From assembly GCA_904063045.1 (NCBI GenBank), contig CAJFCJ010000010.1, positions 1,178,001 to 1,242,000 of the forward strand: a stretch of DNA of 64,000 bases, in the 5' to 3' direction. Both the position numbers and the translations under genes were made by a program. The number at the start of each line of letters is the position of its first letter. Position 1 is the stretch's first letter. This DNA is from Dimorphilus gyrociliatus (taxonomy: Eukaryota; Animalia; Annelida). Below are positions 1 through 14,027 of this stretch, one piece after another. The notes beneath the pieces were generated by a model that made no database searches, was not told the origin of the DNA, and saw only the letters and a program-made list of their open reading frames with translations.

Positions 1-145
1 CAATTATCATTATTAATGTAAAGCTGAGAGGAAGGGTAGAGGGAAAGAAACATAAATTAGGTCAGTTTGTACCAAAGGTTTCAGCTTAGGCCTAAGTGGA
101 AACATTGCTAGGGAAAAATTCTATCGGCCTCGTTCGAAATTCGAA

Positions 146-153
146 TGACGTCA
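146..153. promoter_or_regulatory. Perfect CRE (TGACGTCA) in CpG-rich region upstream of the Ly6 gene
   Basis: AATGACGTCATT 12-bp palindrome at 144-155, about 95 nt upstream of ATG 248, inside a CpG-rich patch (about 120-245). Confidence 0.55.
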
Positions 154-247
154 TTGTCGGTACCGTGGCGTTTTTTTTTACGAGAGGGGCGTGAGGGAAA
201 AATGGTCGACGAGAAGGCGAATTGATTCACGTCGTCCGGAAAGTAAC

Positions 248-993
248 ATGATAATGGTAGAAAATTCTTCTATTTTCTATGCTACTCTATTCCTGATTAC
301 TATCCATTCAGGTAAGCATGATTAATTTTTAAATGAATGTATATTATCCAATTGAACCACTCTGTTATTTTGTTTTATTTTATACTTCCTTAAGCATTAC
401 TTTAAAACTATCATTATTAAATGTTTGTAGGCTATCTTTTATTTTGAAATTAGTTAAGATTTATTTTCAATTATTTATATTTTTTGTTTTATTAAAAAAA
501 AAAAAGAAAACGTATTTTATTTTTTGAGGAAAAAGGTAAAACATTTTCCCTTCATCTTGGCATTTTTCTTCTCACTAATTTATTCCTTTAGTTGTATAAA
601 TAACAAAATAAATGCGTTCTATGTAAATGAGCGGTGAAAACTGATACAGCTTGCTCTTTGAAATGTTATATCTGTGAAAACGAACACACGAACGAGTTAT
701 GCAATACCGAAAAAAAACTGTTGGACTGTGACGAAGAATTTGACGTTTGCCAAACTACCGTCTACTATTCAGAAGTTAGTACCAAGCTGTCCATCATAAA
801 AAGCTGCACGAAAGAAAGGTCTTGCCAAATGCAAAGGAATGTAAGCTTGGCTGGTTGCGATCTAAGAGACGAGAAACCATATTCTTATTGGATGTGCACG
901 TACTGCTGTTCCGAAGACGCTTGTAATGTTAATGAGGCGTCCATTTCGGCTATTAGCCGCTTTCTTATCTTGATTGTTTTGTTATCGATCTGA
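248..993 (+). CDS. Ly6/uPAR (three-finger) GPI-anchor-type protein, 135 aa; exons 248-311, 650-993
   Basis: Exon 1 encodes signal peptide MIMVENSSIFYATLFLITIHS and ends G|GTAAGC (phase 1). Acceptor ACAG|650 completes G+CT (Ala) in the 634-993 ORF. Domain runs LKCYIC...C...CC-SEDACN with 12 Cys, followed by hydrophobic tail AISRFLILIVLLSI (GPI-signal-like). Confidence 0.9.
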
Positions 994-2041
994 AAAAATG
1001 ATAGCGTTGTAGATGTCGCTGTTGTGAAGCGTCATCTGTGTAGCGTTACTTTTTTCCTATATTAATATCCTAAGCCCGTTTGTTGATCAATTTGACAAAA
1101 ATTCTAACCTAAAAAAAGAGAAAATAGTTAAAACTATTACCAAAAGAGAGTAGATAAACTCTGTAAGTGTCTTTTATAGCCACCTAACTGGAATTTTTTT
1201 AAAATCAGATTTTAAAGCTAAACAGATGTTTCGTAGAATTTCTAGTAAAGAAGTTTATTTACCAGATAACCAGACTTTTATGCTAGATAACATTTGGTAT
1301 AAGTTCAAAGAATAGCTAGTGGCTTAGAGAGTACCTTGTATTGTATTCATTAAAAAGCGAAGCCTTTAAGTTTGAATACTTGTGAGTGTTTAGTAGGAGG
1401 GTATATCATTAAACATACGTGTTTGTCTAAATTGATGATTAATTGTATCTTCCTATTCCTTTTTAAAGATAGTTTAATAATTAAAGAATGAATAATAAAC
1501 TGGTTAATTAGTTAATTAGTATATCTTTTATCTTTTTTTGAATAATCCTTTAATGTTTCCTATTCATTAAATTCTGATTTAATTTAGGGAAAACCTTTCT
1601 ATAACATCTTCGGAAACGGTTACAATATATAAGTAGGCTGTTTTCTACTACTGTATATGATCTGATGCTTGTGCTACTGTATCACCACAGGGTAAAACTC
1701 ATAGCGCAATGTAGATTAATATCAGAGGACAAACAGCCTCCTATTCTTATTGATATCAACATTATAGAACGTCAAAATTTCTTAGCATACCACGCCCTCT
1801 GTTGGTTTTCATTAAATATCTTTCTTTTATCTAGAAAATTTAGATGTACAGAAAAGAAACCAATTAAATAATACGAGAAGAATTCATATGGGACTAATTT
1901 AATGCAACTCATTTATAAACCTAAATTTTGTGAAGAACAAATCGATAGAGGGCGCTAGAATATATTTATATAAGAAAAAACAACGAAAAAAATATAACAA
2001 CTATAATTACTTAAAGGATTATATAGAAATAAACAAACAGT

Positions 2042-2072
<31 letters not shown>

Positions 2073-2249
2073 CGGTATGTGCTATAAACATTGTCTTAGA
2101 GTATTAAAGAGAGAATTGCAGGGGAATTTATCAAAATTTTTGGAATATTATATATCTAATATCGTGCGTAAGAGTCATAAATCGTTATTCATTTTGTGAT
2201 AAAAAGGATTGAAATGCTGAGTATGAATAACATCGAAAATGGTTCTTAT

Positions 2250-2251
<2 letters not shown>

Positions 2252-2281
<30 letters not shown>
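2252..2281. repeat. (TA)n microsatellite
   Basis: Pure AT dinucleotide run; similar runs occur at about 2047-2072, 4635-4691, 13986-14023, 43015-43043 and 60563-60611. Confidence 0.95.
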
Positions 2282-2287
<6 letters not shown>

Positions 2288-3289
2288 TAATACATAATAC
2301 TACAAGATTAATCTAAGAAATATGATTGTTCACTATCCCTTCCCTTTCCCTTGCCTTCTCTCCTTATCTTTTTTACTTTTAGTCAAAACGAAAAGAATAT
2401 AAAAGAATTGGGAATATGATAAGTTTCCTTATTTAGATGTTACCCAAAAGGATTTACATTGAGTAGACAATAACTTTTGTGGAAATAAAGATGAGGAGAA
2501 TCTCTAAAATGAGGAATAGCTAAGAAGTAACATATATCGTGTTTTTTCTTGTAAATAGAAATTTTGTTAGTAATAAAATAAAAATATAAATCAGAATAAA
2601 TTAAGAATTAATAAATAGTAAATAGAAAATGCAGCAGATGGCATCACTACTACAAACTTTTTCTCTCTTTCTTTTTTGACTCTTTTACAGCCATTATCAA
2701 CAAGTTGTTATGGTGAATAAATAATCGAAAAGTAGGTCAGTTCGATAAGATATGGAGGCGAACAATATTTAAGAATGCGTGCTGCGCAATTATATATGCT
2801 TTATAGTATATAGATAAAAATTAATATTTTTATCGTTATCATGCCTGAGCGCATACTAATTCCAAGCCGATAATTTTTTTTTCAATCATCAACACTCGAA
2901 AAAAAATCACAGACTAGAATGATAAAATTTTTTTTTATTGATATGTTACGGACACAAAAAACGCATACGAAATAAAAAAAATCATGTGCACATCGAACAA
3001 ACAGCATTTTTTTTTAAAAAAAATAATAATATTACAATAAAAAATAGTCATATAATATATCAATGAGAAAAAAGGAATAATAAGATATTTCTACTAAAAA
3101 ATTAATTTAGCCAAACAATCAGAGCAGCCTATTCCGAATCATTTTATACTGTTATTTTTTTTAAGTGTTAGTGTGAAATGATTTTAAATGTTTTTTTTTT
3201 CTTCTCACATCTTTTTCTATTTATAAAATCTTAATTATTTAATTCTTAATTGACAATTAAGAAATTGAGAGAGAAGGATAGATTGAGAG

Positions 3290-3420
3290 TAAATATGTAT
3301 AGAGAGAAAGAGAGAGAGAGAGAGAGAGGGAGGGAGGGAGGAAGGGAGAGAGTAAGGGAGACTAAATGAGATAGTTGGGGAGTGATGGGGGAGGGGAATG
3401 GTAAATGTGAGGATTGGGAG
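3290..3420 (+). repeat. (GA)n/G-rich purine tract
   Basis: (GA)n followed by (GGGA)3; explains spurious ORF 3235-3471. Confidence 0.85.
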
Positions 3421-4631
3421 ACTAAAAGAGAATGAAGAGGAGAATATGGTGTCAGGATGTATTAAAAGCATGAGGAAAATGTTGATATTATGTTAGTATC
3501 AATAAAAATGGGCAATCTCTTTTCTTTATCAATCTCCCAGTTTATCACATTTTCTCTCTCTTATAGTTTTTTTAAACTTTTCCCTTTAATTTTTTCATTT
3601 ACAAAAAAATATGTATAAACAGAAAGTTTATACGCGCCATTTTGGACGTTATCTGATAAAGTTTTTTTTATCAGTCCCTCTAAATGTTTTAGGCGACGTA
3701 TCGCTTTCTGGTTTTTTTATTCTGGACGGTTCAGTTGGCAATCTGAATGCTTAAATGAGCTCTGCAGTGGCAATTTTTCGGCACACATTTTATGTAGTAT
3801 AAATATATGCTCTGTATATACCCACATGATATCTTATATTCTATAAATACATGTATATCCTATTCATATATATCCCGTATATACGGCATATATGTAAACA
3901 TACATTCTACTAAACATAATAATGATATTAGTAATTTTAATGGTACGAATAATAATAATATTAATAATAATAGTAATAATAATAATTAGCTTTTGATCAA
4001 GAAATCTTACACTTCATACAGTAAAGTTTTTATATCTAGAAAGACCATCTGGTAAGCATATTTCCAAGCAAGCCTATTTACAACTATTATGTATCTGAAA
4101 GAAAATGAGGCAAACTAAAATGGGAAAGAAAAATAATAGGCAAAAAATTTTCTATTTCTTCCTTTTTGGCCTTGAACTATGAACTTTTCTTTTTTCTTTT
4201 TTTTACTTTGTTTTTTGAGAAAAAGTTCTTTATTTTCTTTAGAAGAATTTCATAGTTTTTCCTTAAAATTATTTTCATATACTGTTTTTATCGTGCTTTG
4301 CCTGGGCATTTACAATTTGTTGGAATAAAATGCACAGACTACGTATCATTAACGAGATTTGCCTTATTTAATATCTGCGATAGCGTTGTAAACAGGTTTT
4401 GTTACTATGGCGTCCATAATCTAAATGTTTCTCTTCAGACCGTTAGATGACGTTATATGAGAACTTTTTAGCCTAGATATTACTTCTGCATAAATTATCT
4501 TGATCAAAAACTACTAAGTATTAGATTCCTTAATTTCAAAGGAATAAAGACGGTATGTAATATTATTATTTTTTTTAAGACAGCATATAATACAGACATA
4601 TCTAACTTAATGAACTTGTAATTTATTAATA

Positions 4632-4668
<37 letters not shown>

Positions 4669-5176
4669 GGTATATATATATATATATATATTTCTTTATT
4701 AATAAATATTTAAATATACATTAATATTACTCATGTATCTATAAAAAATGCCAATAGCCCCTTAGGCCTTCGACATTCACTATACTTTGTACTATTACAA
4801 CCTTTTCATCGCTTTAAATTGTTTATACATTTAGAATATTGACTACTTTTAACGTAGACATCGCAGCTATATTAATTAAAGCGAAACAAGGTATAAATGT
4901 CTTTCTTTTTTGCTTGTTTACAAAGACTGAGACGTAGCGGAATGTATACCTAAACAAAAACATGAAAAAGATGGAAAGGCAAGACTAGGTAATATATGCC
5001 CATGATTTTTAAATTCAATACAATGCATTTTTTTTTTGTTTTGTTTGTACGTATTTAAGGCTATGTGTGATAGTGATTAAAAAAAACAGGGTGATAAAAA
5101 AATATTTAATAAAGATGGCGGTCATGGTGCTAAAAGAACAAATACGTACAAGGCAAGAAGGCGACGGTTAGCCAGG

Positions 5177-8100
5177 TCAACTTTGAATTCCGTAAAGGTG
5201 AGGAGAAGCTGGATGATAGATGGTTTGCAATCCAGACAAATACGAAGTATCAGCAATTGGAACTGCTGGATAGAGAGCCGGAGTTGGTATTAATTGCCTA
5301 GCAGGCATCATTGGTGGTGGTGGTGAAGTAGCATCCATAGCATTGTGCTGTAAAAGGAGATTGGATGGATCCAGTGGAACGTTTAAGTGTTGTAAAACTG
5401 TTTCAGCAGCTAAATTTTTAGCTTCATCTGCGCTTGCACTCAAAGTTGGTGGTTGAAATGTTCCCATTCCTAAATTGACCAATCCGGGAATAGTTACTTT
5501 ATAGACATAAAGTTGAACGTCCGCTGTATTAGTAGGATTTCTAGCAATTGCAGAATGCAACTGGTAAACAGGTGATCCCCAACCATTTTTAGTGCAAAAT
5601 TCATCTAGAATCTGCGTATTAAAAATTAAATTGTCTTAGTATTGGGTTTATAGAGTGTTAAAACAAAAATAATCGCAAAATTATCAGTCGTAAAGTTTTT
5701 AGAAATTGTTTTTTTTATAATTTTTTCTTAGAAATTTTGTATAAAAATCAAGAACAAATAGGTTAATATATATATATATATATATATTAATTATTATTAT
5801 TATATAAGAATATATTATTGATTTCTATTAGCAAAATTTCTAGTTTTTCTGTACAAAAGCTTTTTTGTTTATCATCTTTGCAGCAATGATTTTAGCGATA
5901 TAAAAATGAAAAAGATATGACAAAAACTAGTTTTTTTTCTTTTTTTTTTTTTGGTGTGTAAAATCTAACTAGGGATTCTCTTTTTTTTTCTTTTCTCTAC
6001 AATAAAACTTATTCAAGTTTGTTTAATCAGAAATTTGAAAAAAAAAAAGAATAAAGGAATGAATATAACGACTGTTCAATTTTTAGTGATATATTTTTAT
6101 TTTATTTACTCTTTTCCCCTCTTTCTTTGTGCTCTTTTTTTCTTTCTTTTTTTACATTATCTAATTAATCAAAGGTATTTTTTTCTCAAATTTCTTTAAT
6201 TTTTTGTTTTTTTTTTTGGGAAAAAAAGAAGACATCAATCAAATTGAATCAATAAGAAAAAGAATCTTAAAAGATAATTTCTTTTATCTATTTTAGTTTT
6301 AAATTGCTTATTTTGTAAATTGTTTGAAAGTTACTAAAAAGAATTAAACTTTTTCTCTAGAAGAGGATGAAATAAAAGTAGGGTACAAGAAAATGAAAAA
6401 GAAACAGTTAAATTGTACAGAAATTGACGTTATCAGTATGGTTAGTAGAGGTATATCAATGAAACTGCACAAGCAATAAGCTCCTGTTCTATATCCGTAT
6501 ATAATCACTAAGGCGAACGGAAATAGCGTGAATAAAACAAATTAAGGCCTACTTGTTCGAGAAGAGACTTGGAACGATGCTCATTCGAATTCGGCTGCGG
6601 ATCAACGCAATTAAGCTTTTTGTTGTTAATAAAAAGAATGAAAAAGTTTTGTTTTCATTTAAAAAAAAATCAGAAAAATCGTGCAGAAAATTTATAGCAA
6701 TATTCAACGATGCTTCATTCCCAAGGCAGTCGATTCAAAATAAATACCATGAAATAACTAAATTAATGTAAAAATAGAGAAAAATTTGTTTTCTTGATAA
6801 ATCTTATAAATCTTTATTGTATTCCTTTCTATAATCATTAAAATGTTTAATTTTAGTGTTTGTAGATAAATTTTTATAAGAGCTACGAATGTTTTTCTTC
6901 TCTCATTGACTTGATTGATAAGCTTTTTTATTGTTAAATATTTGAAAATGTGATAATTTTTTTTCTAAAATCTATAAAATCTTAAGTACTGGATAAATCA
7001 ATAGAAAGGTTAATTAAGCTATCTTATTAATAGAATATTTCTTACTTGCTTCTATATAATTATTACTATCTTTTAAGAGACTTTTTTCTTCCAAAGATAA
7101 CATAAATTTATCATTCGTCAGTAAATAAAGATAAATTAATAAATAAATTTGCATATGCATAATTAAAATAAACTTTAATCTTTACTGATAGGATTTTTCT
7201 TGGAAGAATAAATGATAAAGTTTATCCAGTATCGCCTAATTTCGCACCTTTATGTTTTATTATAAGGTCGATCAAAGTATTCTGGTTTTTTTCTTATAAA
7301 AAAGTTCTATATAGGATAAACGCTATATAGAGTAGTATTTACAGGAATATTAATAACTAATATATATATTAGTATATATATATATATTTAAGCCTTAGTT
7401 TACACATTTAGTGTTTTTTAATCTTAATAGATATTTGCATATAATGATATTAATGATTATGATATTATTTATCTTTATAATGTTAAGCAGTTTATGAACT
7501 AGAACAGAATGCGCAAATATCCGCTTTTTATACTGCATAAGCTAGCTACTAATGTAATAGAAGAAAGATTTTTCTAATAGGATTATAGAATTTTTCTATT
7601 TTATTATTTAATTAATTCTAACTAGACAAGTGAAAATGTTTCTCCTTTTTATTTAAATATTCTGTGTCCCTCCTTCTCTCCCCTGTTAACTTTCAATTCT
7701 TATGTTACATTCTGTTGTGGCTTTATGCTGCAGTTATATACGTATCCTATTTGAAATAAGCTAGTTTCATCTTTATAGATAATCTAAATATTCTTTTATG
7801 AGTATCTTGTAAACGTACGAGAAGTCTTTATTAATTTTCAGTTAAAGATTAACCTGACTCATATTCATATATCTCGAATCATTACTAAACTACTTATATC
7901 GGTCATAATACTTCAGACGAATACTGATTAAGCTTGGCTTATATATTTCTATTATTTCTATTGTAAAGAGAAGTCTTTGAATTCTTTTTAATCTATATCT
8001 TAAAAAAAATTCTTTAATGTGGTTATTCTCTTTCCATCAATCTTAATAATATTCAAAACATTTGAATTATTTATGGCTTTTTTACTTTCCGGTTCAATTA

Positions 8101-11100
8101 TTTGGTTTTTTGCCTCCTTACAATAGAAGCTTTTGTAGTTAAAAAAAATTGTCATATCACTAGCAGTAAGATTTTATATAAAATTGATTTTAGCACAATA
8201 CTTTCATTTTAAGGCTAAATTTAAGTATCCCTGCTCATAAAGAACTTTCCTTTTGTACAAATACAGCTTATTTTTATCTAACGAAAAGAATTAAATCTCT
8301 TCTCTCTTTTGAAAGATAAAATAAAACATAAGCTAAAAGTTTCTTACGAGGCCTAGTTATGTTATTGTCTTAAGAGAGAAATACATATATATATATATAT
8401 AAACTCCAAGTAGGATTTTTATTGTACACATTACTTCAATTTTATACTCATCCCACACACATGCGTAATTCTATCTTGAAGATAAAACTAAAATGATGAA
8501 TAATGAGAAGAAACAAGAAATAAGTTAGAAAAAAAAAGAAAAGCTCTCCCCACTACATACGCTAAATGGAAAAAATTGATAAAAGTTTTTGCTATTTTTT
8601 ACTTACAAAAGCTAACAGACTTTGTATTTTGCTGTGAACTAACGGCTATATTTAATATGTTAATAAATATTAAGCTAATATATAAATATTAATATTTATA
8701 AGATAAATGTATATATATATAGTTAAAGTTTAGTAAAAATTAAATTAATCTTGTAAGAAATGAAAAAAAACAACACAGAAAATTTTAAATAAGTTTACGC
8801 TTAAATAAGTTAAAAAAATATAATAATCCGTTTAATTAATGCTGAAATAAAACTATTTACAGAAGTACTCTCTTATCTGATTAGGACCGACTACCTTGAG
8901 AATTCTGAATATTTTGCCAATATAATGAAAACGTATTTGTAAAATATAATAAAAAAAAAGTAAAAAATAAATGTAAATTGATATTGAAAACTAAACTTAC
9001 TTCAGCTGCACTTCTTAAAGTTGTTTTAGAACTAGACGCCGCGCCGCTTCTTCCGGTTCTAGGTGTTGGTCTAGCCATCAAATTTCGATTTATTATTTGT
9101 CTTTGCTGAACGTATGGTGCCATTATTTGCGCATAATAGGCATTAGCTGCATTATAATCATAAGCAGGTACTCCATATGACAGAAGGGGTAAAGCGCCGA
9201 AATTAGCGTTAGATGGCGTAGATACTGGTGTCGTTGCGTTCTTATGGGCGTTTCTAGCTATATAGCGGGGATCGGATTTGTCGACAGGTTTAGCTAATAC
9301 GACTTCGACTAGTGCTCCGTCAATATACGTTCCTGAATAATGCATTTCGTCAATATTGATACTGTGGAAGAATACATTCTAGAAATAGAATATTCACCAT
9401 CGACGGCCTTCATAGCTTTCAAGGCGTCATCCCTCTCCCGGAAGTGAACGAACGAATAATCCCTGATCTTTTTGACTCTTTCAACGGCATCTGATTTGCT
9501 AACTGCCCCATTAAACATCCTCTCTAGCGTTTCTTCAGTGGTGTTCAACATTAAATTACGAACGTAGAGTACCTTTACCTGTGCAAATAAAGGAGGTCGT
9601 AAATAAAGTGGGTCAATTCGAATGTCTATATGGAACGTGCGCGGCTTTGTCATTTTCGTGTTTACATTAGATTTTGCGCTTACAAGTCGCAACTTATAAT
9701 AGCTGAAAAGGAAAAAGAAAGTAATCTAGACATAATTGACTCTAAAAACTACTAGTAATACTGATTCATATAATATCTTAGGTTGGTAAAAGGTCTATAT
9801 CAAGGAAAAATAACCATTTCCTTAATTATCCTTAATATATTCTTTCTTTCTTAGTATTTCTCCATGTAATTTGATAACTCTACTTCAAAACGTTTTCGAT
9901 TATTCCTTACCCCTCTGTTTGGTTCTATGTTACATGATACTACGTGGATATTTGTTGTTAAACAAGTAGGCCTATGAATAAAATTTTTCTTACTCCATAT
10001 TTCTACACCATACCCTTATAACCCCTCTCTATCCCACCCCCCACACCTCCCCCCTCAACCCCTCATATTCTCTTTTTTACAAAAGTGAGTAGTAGATATA
10101 TAAATACAGATATTCATATGTATATACAAAATATAAATATGTGTATAGTATATAAACTATATTTAAGTTGATATAAAAAAATTTTCCTTTCTTCTCTTAG
10201 CAAGTTAAAAGGTTTTAGCAACAAAGTTTCTACTTTCAAATTTTGTTATAGAATTATTTTTTTTTTACTACTCTTATCCTTATAGAAGCAATACCATTTT
10301 ATACTACTGATAACAATTGATATCTAATCATTCATTGATGAATTTTTTTGTTTTTTTTTCCCACTTGTAAATGTGTATATTGATTTCTCTTAACTATTTT
10401 ATTGTCAACTCTTTATTCTATTGAAAAATATGTTTATAATATAATATAAATAATCAGCATCTTACTAGTAAAAACTTGTGTAAATAGTTAGCGTTAGAAC
10501 TTTGTATATTGTATTAGAAAGAATTAAAAAAGTGGGAGAAAAATGTTTTTGTTTCTATTTTTTTTTTCCTATTTCACTCAGAGATTTCGATAAGAGAATG
10601 AAGTAAAAGGTATATTGTTTCCCCTATCCAATCACTCTATGTCAGCCTATATTTGTGTTTATATCGTTATATGTATTCGCACTCGCACTATAGAACATTA
10701 CACGTATAACTTATTTTGTAGTATTTTTTTTAAACTAACTCATATTTTGAACAAGTGACAATTTCACAAAGATATTTTAAGTAGCGATCGCTTGTTTATT
10801 GAGGTTTTAGCAAACATGAAAGCGACTTAGTGTATAAGGCCTATAATTTTTCAACGGACAAAAAAATATAAAGGTTATATTGGCTTAAGATGGCTGTTTT
10901 CGCTAAGTACAAAAATAAATAGGTAAAATTGAAAGTATGAAAATACAACTATTCTTTGTTATCTAATTAACCTCTTTTGTGATTAAGTTTGTTTTTGTTG
11001 AAAATTTTTATAAATTGAATACAATATTGAATTTTTGAACATTCCAAAAACATTTTTTGATATTTTATTAATCAGATAACAGTCTGGTCTTATCATATGT

Positions 11101-12434
11101 CTGTTATAAAAAAATTACGACGATTTTCGACCTGTCTGCCCTTTTTCAAAGGAAGATAAGTACTAATCAGTTAGCGGAATGGCTAAAGTGAAAAACTGGG
11201 GCAGTACACAGCTATGGGCTTGAAATTATGTTCGGGTAAAAAAGTGACAAATGGTACGTGCACGCGCACATTCTATATAATCTACGAGTATAACTATATA
11301 TATATATATAAATTTTATATATATATACTGTATATATATAGAGAGAGAGAGAACATTCTACGTGAAGAACTAGTCTCATTTGTCACCTTATCCCTCTCCA
11401 AAGATCCAAAGTTTGATAAAAGATTATGGTGTTTAGGGTCTAAAGCTTCAGAATAATCAGGACTAGTGTGAAGGGCAGTAAACACGAATTTTTTTCACCT
11501 CTTTAAACTCAGCAAAGATTACGCTCGCATTAGATAAGGCGTTTTTTTTCTACTTAGGCCTACAAATGCATATACAGTAACAATATAAATAGCGAAAAAA
11601 AGGAGAAATGAATAATCATTGACCTTTAACGCGATTAGTACAAAACGAGAAATGTGTTACTATAGATAAAAGATTCATATTGAAAGTTGAAGAAAATTTG
11701 ATTAGAAATATTTTAAATATAACACTCACAGTGCTCATTATATCGTCATCAACCTGCTGCTCGGGTTCTGCCCAATCAACGGCTATCTGATGATTCCATA
11801 ACTGGGTTTTACCCGGCATCAACTTTCTTCTGGCCATAGCTGCCGCTTTGTGTGATTCATATTCAACAAAAGCGAAACCTCGATTTTTGCTCTTATCCGC
11901 CGCAAGCGGGTAAACTATAACGTTCTTTACACCATCAGATATCTTTTTCATTTCTGCCATTATTTCTTCTCTTGTTTTTGTTTTCGGTATTCCGCCGACA
12001 AACAATCGGCAATTGTCGACGCTGTGACAAATTCCCAAGGGCCTACCTTTGCGGATCTCGTGATTATTCAAATCCTGGACGGCTTTTGCAGCATCTTCCT
12101 GGCTTTGATAGGTTACAAAGCAGTATCCACGATTTGCCCCAGAAAAATCCATCATTAATCTTAATTCATAAATTGGGCCAGCTTTTTCTAACACGGGGAC
12201 CAATTCGTCTTCATAGCAGTCTTTTGGTATCTTACCGACAAATACCTCAGTTCCTTTGGATGGTGGTGCCTGCCGCCAATCCAGCGGAGGACCATATCTT
12301 CTTTGGCCATTCTGTTGGACGATGGGGTATCCAGTACGGTCAATGAGCGCCCTCAGCGCCGTCTCGTTTGCAAGACCGTCTATACCGGACGTTTGTAATT
12401 CGGGAAAGTCTAGTTCCTCGTCCGACTCGCTCAT
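5177..12434 (-). CDS. A1CF: A1CF/RBM47/RBM46-family RNA-binding protein (3 RRM + C-terminal dsRBD-like domain), about 550 aa; exons 12434-11730, 9578-9398, 9332-9001, 5611-5177
   Basis: GCC-ATG at 12434. RRM motifs [102 protein letters not shown]. Last exon [22 protein letters not shown]...DEAKNLAAE matches the A1CF dsRBD-like region. Junction phases 0/1/0 are all consistent (GTGAGT, GTGAAT, GTAAGT donors; 65-nt intron 2). Confidence 0.92.
6553..6594 (-). CDS. Candidate 42-nt phase 0-0 cassette exon of the A1CF-like gene ([14 protein letters not shown])
   Basis: CCGCAG| acceptor, |GTAGGC donor, open frame, frame-preserving, lies in a GC-richer patch of a very AT-rich intron. Confidence 0.45.
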
Positions 12435-13982
12435 GGCGCCGACTGTACGGCTCTTATCTGGCCGAAACAATAGAGCGGCCTGATAAGCTGAGCGCACCTG
12501 AATTGACGAGTTGGAGCGTGCATGAAAAACGACGAAAGAGCTGTGTATATATGTTTGCTCTAAACGGGCTCCCTCGCCCGCCTATCGATACAGAAAAGTT
12601 TCTAGAGATTGGTTTCACGCTATCTCTTATTCGTCTATTCCTTTATATTTATCCTCCTTTCCCCCTTACAAGAAATCTTACTTAATGTGTTTTTTTCTTC
12701 TAGCTTTTTCGTCTTTTACCCCTAATTTAAGATTTTGCATCGCCTATATTTCATTTTGCATGTATTGCATATATTGTATATATATATATATATATATAAA
12801 TTTATATATATATATATCGCATAACAATCTATCTTCTAACAATATCTTCTAGGCCTATATATTTTGCGCAGCTTAACCTCTATAGCAGGATTGTGTAAAA
12901 GCGATGTTTGTGGCTGCTTTTGTTCGACTTTGCACAAACAATTCTTATCGAAATAGACCTATTTGTCACCAGATAAGGAAAAATCTATGAATAGAGGGCG
13001 CTGTTTAGAGGTGAGTGTATTGTGCCATCTGTGAGTAAGTTTCCTATGGCAATTATTATATTAATTTTAAGATACTAGACGTCTTCGAGAAAGAGAAATG
13101 TTAGCTTTGTCCGTTCATTTTTTCCTATATAACTTACAATTTATATTTAAAAAAAGCAAAAACATAATGCAGAAGTAATTTATATTTATTTCTTGCGATA
13201 AAGACTATGACATTAGTAAAACCTATACAATAAACTTAATGATAAAATAGACTGAACAAAGGAAAAGCTACCGTTCAACACTGAGATAAGCATTTTTGTA
13301 CAAGATACTTTATGCTTTATAAAAATCTTATCTGTCAAAAAGCCAATGCGATTATTTGAACAGATTTTTTCGTAAATTTCTTGCTATTGTACTAAATAAT
13401 TTTCATTCTATAAATCTGTCAGATACATTTATATATATGTTTTGCAGATATCTAGAGATAAAGTCTCGAGTGCATAGGTTAATTATACCAACTAATAAGG
13501 TGTATAGCAATACAACAGATGGCGCAAATTACGACTATGCATAAATATAGAATAGTACATTATTCCACCTTGAGCATGAAATAAGCCAGAGAAGCGATAT
13601 TATATCAACTGTATTTTTTTCCCAAATAGAGCATGATAATCTGATAGCAGAAACACACTGATAAAAGTTTACACATTGCCTCATTGAACCAGTACTGATT
13701 GAAAATTCAATAGTTTTTTATATATGGGTTTTATCATAATTACAAGTATTGTCAACATTTTAATAATCAATTTTTTTCAAGTAAAATATCCTTTTTGATA
13801 AACGTATTTTATATGGCAAAAGGCGAAATTTTTACGAATTTATTATGGGTCACAATGACATACTATTTTTGTCTGTTGTTTTTTCTATATCTTAATGTAT
13901 TACTGTTGAACAATGGGAGTATTTCTAATAGAAATAAGAACAAGGTAAATATTGTAGATGAAATAGAATATTAGAATCCATC

Positions 13983-14027
<45 letters not shown>

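Noticed and set aside
1312-1385. A-box/B-box-like words (TAGCTAGTGG...GTTTGAATAC), also at about 56760-56812
   Set aside because: No cloverleaf stems and no second similar copy; too degenerate to call tRNA or SINE.
11972-12685. ORFs 11972-12346, 12256-12483 and 12368-12685 overlapping A1CF exon 1
   Set aside because: Antisense or alternative-frame shadows of the real exon.
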